The notes below the pieces were generated by a model, which was given only the letters and a program-made list of their open reading frames with translations, did no database searches and was not told the DNA's origin. The translations under genes and the position numbers were made by a program. Shown piece after piece: positions 54,721 through 64,000 of a stretch of 64,000 nt of DNA (the first letter of the stretch is position 1; the number at the start of each line of letters is the position of its first letter). Source of the stretch: Tubiluchus corallicola (lineage: Eukaryota; Animalia; Priapulida); contig JAQGDQ010000036.1 of the NCBI GenBank assembly GCA_030141605.1, forward strand, positions 434,001-498,000. The letters run 5' to 3'.

Positions 54721-57204
54721 GGATTACCGGCTTTATTGTGTGTTTAGTTTTAAAGCAAGAAACAAAAGCTGTGTTCCTTTTATTACTGATACTAGTGATA
54801 AACTACATATCTTTATCTTATTTTTTACCCGTTTATAGTACTTAATTATTTGAAGAATTGTTACCTAATTAAGTACAGTAGTGCGAGTGTTTAAAGAGAC
54901 ACTACCTATAAAGGAGCAAATAAATTAGCAATTATAGGTGACTTACTTCTTAATAATTGACTAAGCTTTACAAGTGGATTTTACAGCTGCTTGTATTTGA
55001 CTGGAAATTATAATAACTTACAATAATTTTGTACTGAAGTGTTTCTTGTGAGTGTGCAATGATTGTGTAATTGAAAACTGACTCCATTTAACTGAGCATT
55101 TGCATTTTTCAGTGAACACTAATGGAATAGTAGAAACATCAGTAATACCCTTATGGAAAACATGTCTGCTTTATTACATGCATTTTTGTGATTCAAAAGG
55201 TAGGCGTCATAGGTAGAAAGCCAGTGGCTATTTTAGCAAAAGTGTTATATTGAAAATATGAATGGCAATCTAGGAAAATTGTATTCTTAAAGCTAACTTA
55301 AAGTTAAAAAACTAAGCAACATATTACATGTGCTAGATTCTATGATAAACCAATGGAACTAAGAAGAGAAACAAAGTTTTATTTTGAATAGTCACTTCTA
55401 AAAAAGTTAATTTAGGTTGCCAGTGTTTTTCTTGTCGTTCCACCATCTATAGGCAATTTGCAGACCAGGGCTGCATTTACACTGTTGCTTGAAGATATGT
55501 AAACTTCACTAGATAAACTAAGTCACTAGGAAGGGGTTCCTGTCTTCTTCCTGAGATCATCATTATTTACTTATTCGTAAGCGACAAACCCTCGTCATTG
55601 CTTAAGATTTTGCTGGTGTTAAATTATTGTAATTCAAGAGTGGAATGATCAGCATTCAATAAGAATGGCAAAAACCAAAGCAATACATTTTTTCTTGATA
55701 GCAGAACGTTTTAATTAATACGCGATACGTTGTTGTGAGATGAAGATCACGAAGCCATATGTTTTACTAGGTAACTGGAGATGTTTTGCTCAGACAGAAC
55801 ACAGTTTGAAAACAAACTTTCCAACCTAACAAGATATGTGCTTGTTTGTTTTGCCTCATTGGCCTGCCTATAACAGTTGGCGTTCCTTCTAATACGTCTT
55901 GTGTTTTATATCAAACTTAAACTGTCAGTATGTTTGATTCGCAGAGCGCTGACAGTACACACATTCAGTCGTACAGCCGTACACCGTTACCAAAACCATA
56001 CATGTCCTATTCAAATTTAGTTGAATAAATTCCTTCATTTTATGTATAAAGAATATGAAATAAATAGTCATTGTTTCTGCGGCACTGTCATACGATTTTG
56101 CGTAATAATAATAATAATATATTTTTAATATAATTATTTCACTGGGTAATAAAAATACGTTTTCCCGTCGACCGCGCTGTAGCAGTTGCAGCGCCTGAGT
56201 TGACGTACTTCAGTTGTAATGCCGTTCCCCAGCTAAACTTTGTCTTTTATTCGAATTATTCCACTCATTCTCTTAGCCAAAAGATAACGAGATACAGCAG
56301 ATGGAATTTAAAAATCTCCGGTTTAGAAATTTATAAGCTACTAACTAGGAGTAAATATGAAATCACTAAGCCGTACGTACACTTGGTAACTTTGTCTGTC
56401 TGACATCTAGAAGATCGTTGATTATCTGTATAAGTAAACAGTATCCGAAGCTTTTGAGGTGAAATAGATGCAAGACGCCTCAGTAACCTTGGATAAGAGC
56501 CCGCGAGAAAGAAAATAAACATCTTAACTTGTAAAAACGCGGTGAGATGACCGTTTCGTGTTTAGTTCGAATAGGTTTACTGTTATAAATTTCGCATCTA
56601 TAATTGTGATGCGTACTTATGCATGAAATTATGAACTTACGTTCATTATGAGATTCTGGAAATTATGGACATATCTATTGGGATAAAATAGATCCTTATA
56701 GATAATTGTATTGTGCTCCAATTTTGCATACACGCTTATACTAAATTTCCTCGTTTTCGATTGATGATAACTTCTTTGTTGTATGTAAATCATACAGGCC
56801 TGCTAATATTACTGAAATCTCAATCGATTTACACTAGAAATTCGCTTATATTAGATAAATGTAGCACTAAGGTTACTGCTATGTACGTTTATAACAAGGG
56901 AACGGTATTATTGGAAATTGACTGCATTAACTTTTTTACTGAATAAATTCGCCATTAAATATGAAGTTGGCAATTAGTAATTTCATGTACATTTTTTTAT
57001 TAAAAGGCGCGCTAGCTTATACATGGAGTTCTTTATCAACAAGCGCTATAAATGATGCAACGCTAGTGTCGTCATTCATTAATAACGAATCAATTACTAA
57101 CCAACAGAAACTAGTGCGCTAAAAACTATGTACATTTATATAATTGAAACAAAATAATCAGATTCACCATTAACGTATGCATAGTAGTTAAACGCTCATT
57201 AAGA

Positions 57205-57520
57205 CACAAACAGCCACACTTGATACGTGGGTTCTTGAACTTTGCCGTAATTTTAAGAAAGTTAAGTAATGTAAAACCTGGTTAATAAATGGATGGGTGA
57301 CTATTTTGAAACTGCTTGTGAACAATTCAACCTACCATACCTTACTTACGTTAATACGTTAAGGATCGGTGTCTCCTCTTACTAGAGGGTTATCTTTCAT
57401 AACGACCTAGGTTTTGATCCTACCATAATAACCTATGTTTAGTAGGGCCTCTCATTAAGTGCTGGCACTTGGAACCCACTATTGGCAGTGTCAAATGTAT
57501 ATAAATAATATAATAACAAA
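57205..57520 (+). mobile_element. Probable 5S rRNA-derived SINE (SINE3-like), degenerate
   Basis: aagttaagtaatgtaaaacctggttaataaatggatgggtgac (57259-57301) aligns with the 5S box A/IE/box C segment (AAGCTAAGCAGGGTCGGGCCTGGTTAGTACTTGGATGGGAGAC). A ~200-bp body and an (aat)n/A-rich tail follow at ~57502-57522. Confidence 0.55.
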
Positions 57521-58613
57521 AATACGTTTTGCGTACTGCAGCAGAACGCAAACATTTTTTTAACAAGAGAACGAAAAACCCTTGATCCTATTAATATAAC
57601 CAAGCATAATTCAATTTTAAACCAGAAGATGACAATACCGTTTAAACTTAGTGTTGAGGTTAAGTGCTGGCATATAAGATATTGATGCGTAATTTCCTTT
57701 TTCAGCAGGTCATCCGTTTCGAAGTCCTAATGCCAAGGTTTAATAATACTTATTGCAAATTAACCTCGAAAAACTTACAGATCACTCTAAGTATTCGGTA
57801 CATAACAAACCGACTGAAAAATAGTTTTTGTAGAAGGAACTTATATACATGTATATGTAGTTCCTTTAACTGATTTACTTATAAAACTCCCCGTGCGTGA
57901 TGTGCACTTGCAGATTTCTTCCAAAAATTTTCAAGCTTATATGCATGACTTGGAAAAAACATATTAAGAATCCTGTTGTTTTGTAAAGTCTTTTGGTTGA
58001 ACATGCATTTAAATTCGGCAGCAAAATTTACCTTAGTTTTTTTACGTTACTTGCAGAGTATAATTTAGTTACTTATATGAAATCGAAAGTTATAGTTTTA
58101 ATTATTTTTTTATACATCGAAGCGTGTAATTTAGTTAAAGTAACCTGTGTCATCATTGTGCTATTTTCAGTAGCAGATTCAACTTAACATTCACGCAGTT
58201 GGTTATAAACACTTTCATAAAACTCGGGGTTCCAGTTTCGTGTCTACATATAGTCACAGCATTTCATTTGTGAAGGTGAAAATGCTTAACCGCACAGGCT
58301 TGAAGTCGAGTAATCAATAGTCAGCATCAATGCACAAATGTCATTAATAAAATCTTTTGGGACACCACGGTTTATATAAACACTCCTAATTATCATATGA
58401 GCTAATTATAACACGCAAAGTGTAATAGTTTATCTATTTGCGTGCTGTATAGATGAATTGTTTTACGGGGGAATGACTATTATGTTTCGAGTACCATGAA
58501 ATGCTTTGTTGAGATGACAGCAATTTTTTGTACAGCAAAAGTAATCAGTCATCAAAAATAGCGTGAGCAGTTTTATTTTTATCGAGCTCAGGTCCTCAGT
58601 ATGAATATAAGGC

Positions 58614-58763
<150 letters not shown>

Positions 58764-59125
58764 TGCAACGGCTACAACAGTTATATATCGTATGTCAGGC
58801 TGTCAGCAAATGAATACCAAAGTGTCTAATAGTATCGATGAGATCCAGTGTTTAATGTTTCTACACTTAGCAGCTGTGTTTGCTTTTATATGCTTGTTAT
58901 AGAAATAACTTGATGTGTACGGGATTTTGAGGTGCTGAAGCCAAACCAGACTTTCTCGCTGGATGCATTATGACAGCGAGGACTGTGAGGTGGTTTCATT
59001 CCACAAGTTGTTCAGTGGCCTACTTCGTTCGGCTGCTAAAAGCGGTGCAAATGCATTGTAGTTTTGAAATTCGTTGTGGCGTAATTGATATAAAATCGTA
59101 GTGGTTTTTGCAGTAATAATTGCTC

Positions 59126-60307
59126 ATGGCAGACTCTTCTGATGTAAAGTTCGATATGGACTTTGTGCTATCGGAAGCTCCGTTGAAAGAAATTCAAAAG
59201 CAGAAAGATGAAGAGGATAGCGCAACGGAAAAGCCATGCGAAGGAAGAGAAGAGAGTGATACTAAAGGCGCGTTACAAGTTCCCCAGGGTCTCCGACGAC
59301 TCCCTTCCATCTCTTCGAAGGCCTCCGTGCGATTTAACCTCTCCGCCAGCCAAGAAATTGCAGAAAGGAAAGTAGCCCAAATCGAAGATGCAAAGGAGCG
59401 AAGGAGAAAGAAACAAAACATATGTAAAAATCTTATGGTTATCAGCATTGCGTTTCTATTAGTCTTTACAGCGTATCAGTCTATACAGAATTTGCAAACT
59501 AGTATTAATTCTAGTCAGTCTTTGGGATTGGTATCATTGACTTTGATATATTGTTCTCTGGTGCTCACTTGTATGTTTGTACCAAGTTTATGTATTAAAG
59601 AACTTGGGTGTAAATGGACCATGGTGCTATGTATAGTTGCATATGGAACCTACATGTTAGCTAATATGTACCCTCGATGGTGGACAATGGTACCAACTTC
59701 GCTGCTCGTGGGGGCGGCGGCTGCTCCTCTTTGGTCAGCCAAGTGTGCGTATCTATCATCAGTCGCCATTGATTACGCTCAGCTAACTCATCAACCTCCT
59801 GACGAAGTAATTGGAAGATTTTTTGGGATATTTTTTATTACATTCCAATCAAGCCAAGTGTGGGGGAATTGGATATCTTCCGCGGTGTTAGCTACTGACG
59901 ACAACACGACTCTTCTGGAACTGACTCGAGATGATGAAATGGCTTTTTACTCGCTCAATAACCCTATGTATAAATACTGTGGTGGTGCAAACGCTGCTTG
60001 TAGTATGAGATTAAACTATGCCAACATAACAAATCTTGACCCTCTTCCAGCCAGAACTTATTATAAATTATCTGGGATTTATTTTTGCTGCATTGCTGTG
60101 GCAGCGGTGTTGGTGACGTTATTCTTCGACCAACTAGAGCGCGACGCAGAGGCACTGAAAGGGAAAGTGTGGAAGAAACCCCAAATTGAACTCGACTTGA
60201 TGATAGCAACGTTTGAACATCTGAAACAACCTCATCAGATAATACTCATACCACTTACTATCTACAGTGGCATGGAACAGGCATTTGTTGCTGCTGATTT
60301 CACTAAG
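59126..60307 (+). CDS. UNC93A: UNC-93-like (UNC93A-type) MFS-fold membrane protein, first coding exon (394 codons); gene incomplete in this window
   Basis: Motifs KNLMVISIAFLLVFTAYQSIQNLQTSIN, LGCKWT, AAPLWSAKCAYL, FFGIFF..FQSSQVWGN.ISS, CGGANAAC, LIPLTIYSGMEQAFVAADFTK|gtatcg. Acceptor ttttgcag at 59113 upstream of the ATG. No following YV.C..G-type exon found before 64000. The paralog assignment is tentative. Confidence 0.88.
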
Positions 60308-61915
60308 GTATCGTTCAATAGTGATTGTAATATAAATTCTATTTTGAAACTGTCATCATTATGTAAGGATAACGTGTTTTTCCCTCAGTGCTACTGAGGC
60401 ACTTTATCGTTTTATTAATGCGCAATGCTTATGACATGCAGCTGTACAATAATTACCTCACTAATTGGCTTCATACGGGAAGAAGAGAAAACCAATACTC
60501 GCGTTTCCTGTTCTCACTCAGCAAGTTTCAAATAAAAAAAGTTTACTTGTAAGCAAATGGACATTTTGCAACATTGTCCGTATTGGCACATTTCTATATA
60601 AAAAATATAAAAATCTATGAAGATTAACGTAAGTATTCGTGTCTGCCCATAGCATTTCGCGATAGCACAATGAAAGCCATATAGTGACAGCTAGCAGAAA
60701 ATGAATTTTTATGGAGTTGTATATCCAACAAAAGTACCACTTTTTTGTTGACCGTGTTGTATGGTTCCTACTTCCGTTCGGGGTTTAATGGCAACCGAGC
60801 GTATTTTTCTTATCCGCTCCTAGTTGCCAATCACTAAGCGGTCAATGTCAAGAACGCTCCAGGAATAAATCACATCTCAAAAGGAAAGGTGAAAGTGTTT
60901 TCCATTTTGCTTAGAACAAATGGCTTCTGTTCTTAACTTAGAAATTAATTTTGGTCTTTTAGTGATTATAAATAATAATAAAAACAGATATAGTAGTCTG
61001 GCCTATTAGTGATGAATGTGACAAAAATGGAGGATGTAGGCTAATAGCTTTATATCAAGCTACATTTATTCTATAATAACTGTAACTGTAATAATTATTT
61101 TATTATTATTGCTACTAGATTATCAGAAGAGTTACCTAATATCATTATTACAGTTGCAATGATGCAACAACATGAAATCTATTTTGCAGTCAATATCACG
61201 CTAAGCTAGTATAAACTAATTACGGTGCAAACTAATCCATAATAACCTAATCCATGCAAAAGTACGTGTTTTATCACCAGCCGTCACAGACTAAAATGGA
61301 CTAAATTTATAATAGTCTGTGACTAGTTTTTATTTATTATCCGACGTTTAACTTCAGAGAAGGCGATGCTACGACGGAAACTAGAAGCCGATCGCAGGAC
61401 AAAGCTTAGGAGTTGCAAATATATATCAATAATGCATTCAATTAAATGCATTTCTGATCACACTTTTAATCAAATGATTCCGAGAATACATAACTTTCTT
61501 ATTTTTTGCCGACGGGAAGTTTCAGAAAGAAATTTAATTGTTCTTTCTTTGCAATAATTGTGCGTCCCCAGTCTCCCACAGCAAATTCGGGCCCTGATTC
61601 ATTAAAATGTAATTTAAATATTCGTAAGAACTTTCGTAAGTTGGATTTAGAAAAACTTCGTACGAAGATTTTATGCTAATAAAATTCAGCATCGGCCATA
61701 ATATCTACAGCTACGGGCCGTTTTTGTTAACTTCGATAGCACTTTTGATATAATTGCTGCGCAGATTCTAAAATACATGTAATAACAACACTCTCACTAT
61801 TTTAGCAGCCTGTACTAACTTTGATCTATATAACTTTATGTTTTTCAGTTTTTTGCTGAACACTTATTAAATTGCTGTAAATGAGCATTGAAATTAGCAG
61901 GAGAAAAACAAGATA

Positions 61916-62122
61916 AAAGATAGATAGATAGACATATAGGCGGTAGTAGGTAGGCATGTTTGTAGGTCGGTCGGTAGGTAGGAAGGTAGTTAGGTAGGTA
62001 GGTAGGTAGGTAGATAAATAGGTAGGCAGACGGATGGACAGCCAGATAGATAAATAAACATAGCTAGATAGACACACACGGACGGATAGAGGGACATGAG
62101 AGAGAGAGAGAGAGAGAGAGAG
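61916..62122. repeat. Compound (GATA)/(GGTA)/(GGAC)/(GA)n microsatellite
   Basis: Directly visible. Confidence 0.9.
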
Positions 62123-63479
62123 ATGCGAGCCTTGTGGTCTGCTGTGCGGACTTTAGTTCGTAAATCGTTTTCATTTGAAAGGTCTAATTCTAATCTATAG
62201 CGAGCAATGCGTTGTCTGTGTATGCAGTGGGATACAGTTTGATTCCTAATCCTAGAAAAATGAGCTCTCTCGAGCCGAGAACCAAGTACATGTATGATGA
62301 TATGATTTTAAAAGTCTTTAAAAGATAAATTTTAAAATATTCTTGAAATCGGCCAACTGAAACTGTGGCTATTGCTTGGCACGATAATACCGGTACGGAC
62401 CATCAAATTCTGCTGCCTTGTTACAGAATTAAGACATGATGTTTTAGAAAAGATGTCACTATATGATAAACAAAATTTATATACGATAAAAGGAAAATAT
62501 TAGCATGCTTGAATGATTCGGTGCGAAAAATGCAAATTAGTTTTTAATCGGCTACAGTGAAAGTATCTAGACGGCGACCCTTATGAAGCAGATAAGACAG
62601 AAACACGTCTTATCTGTCTTTCTTCTGTACACAGAAATCTGAACTCAGTTTCATGCAACTTCCAGTTAAACATAGAAAAAAGGAAAAATGTGGAGACTTT
62701 TCTGATGATAGTAAGTAAACAAAAAACTTTTCCGTTTGCTATAAACGTTCATTTTTATTTTACATCATGAAGGCGCAGTAATCATTTTTCGTCTATATAA
62801 TGTCAAGTCAACAACTACAATAAACAGGTTCTTACCTCAAACCAATACTACAGCTATAAAAAATACCTGTGTACGCAAATTAATTCTTCTTGGTTTCTCT
62901 ATGATGAAACCCAAACTTCACGAAAAAGTAAAGGGCAAAAAACTGTTTTTAAAATAAAATAATTAATGGCGATCCTTTTTCTACCAAGGCAGATATTGCA
63001 GGTATATAGGGGTACTATGTTTGAGGCAGACTACAAATGGTATCTACTGTAATTTCTATCATTATTTTAATTTTCCATTATGCATGCTGACTACGACAAT
63101 CATATGGCTCAATGCAGTCATTATTAGCGCACAAGCAGGTAACCTGACGGATTGCCGAACGCAAAACAAAATAGCTCCTGTTTGATCTGTCCTCAAGTGA
63201 GCTAAGCCACTATTTACACAGTTGTCTGTATAGCATGCTATATTTTGGCTCCGAATTCACCAAGCAAGCAATACACGTTGTTTACACTCAACTGCAGTGT
63301 CAGAAACTTTCATACTGTCATCCGCCCTTATTTTTCGGGTGCTAAAAACGTACTTAGGCCTGCGAAATTTAAATTGCGCTCATTTATGTTAAACCGCTAA
63401 ATTACAGGTATCACTCTTGAATTATGCATAGTCCATAAAGTTTGATCTATTGTGAATAATAATAATAGCAAGAATCATA

Positions 63480-63560
63480 GGTAAAAATAGCACAGGTAAA
63501 ACATGGCACAAGAAAAAATTGCACGGTAAAAATTGCACAAGAAAAAATGGCACAAGTGGA
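63480..63560. repeat. 15-bp minisatellite (ggtaaaaatggcaca-like) x5
   Basis: ggtaaaaatagcaca ggtaaaacatggcaca agaaaaaattgcac ggtaaaaattgcaca agaaaaaatggcaca. Confidence 0.75.
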
Positions 63561-64000
63561 AAAGTAGGAAAGATGGCAAAATGAGATAATGTCATTTTGA
63601 TGCAAATTATTTATATAATAAAGCTAGAATATACTCACTGGGAAGCACATCACCGACAAGGTCGAAAAATCCTAAACATGTTCGCTTAGGTCTTTTGATA
63701 ATTATAAACATAAACATGAAACAAAGATAAATAAGCAAACATACAAAAACATGCTTGTATAAGTGTAAACAACTTGTTCATTAAATAGAATTATAATCAG
63801 TACTGCACGACACATTTCACATAGTGTTTTGTCTACATTTCTTTAGGCATTTCTTATGGTAATACATTAATAAATTTACATATTTACATGCTCAGTCACC
63901 TTATAACACTACTTACAGGTATAAGCGATAATAAACACATTACACAGCTTTCCAAGTGAGAATTTCTCGAAATGGGACCTGGGACTAACTTGTAGTTGTT

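Noticed and set aside
60308-60397. C-terminal tail of the 425-aa UNC93 ORF
   Set aside because: Intron read-through after the ADFTK|gt donor; the remaining TM helices are absent
61826-62077. 83-aa minus-strand ORF (YLPT repeats)
   Set aside because: Translation of the (GGTA)/(GATA) microsatellite

Overview
AT-rich, intron-rich animal genomic DNA, most likely an invertebrate, with a 993-N assembly gap at 39661-40653. It is not prokaryotic, so most ORF-track calls are partial exons or noise. Manual splicing gives four genes. (1) A complete 25-exon TMEM67/meckelin (+, 1922-31307, ~966 aa). (2) A two-coding-exon, 8-finger C2H2 zinc-finger gene (-, 37538-34494). (3) A complete 9-coding-exon BANP (+, 43881-54105, ~454 aa), divergent from the ZF gene. 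(4) The first large coding exon of an UNC93A-like transporter (+, 59126-60307), which probably continues past the window. Introns and intergenic DNA hold CR1/L2- and RTE-type LINE remnants, TIR elements, a probable 5S-derived SINE and microsatellites. I found no unambiguous new biological system. The best leads are an orphan ZNF236-like two-finger fragment antisense in TMEM67 intron 1, BANP-type CGCG motifs at the putative BANP promoter (possible autoregulation), and a LINE ending about 110 bp upstream of the TMEM67 start. All homology calls come from remembered family motifs, not database searches.
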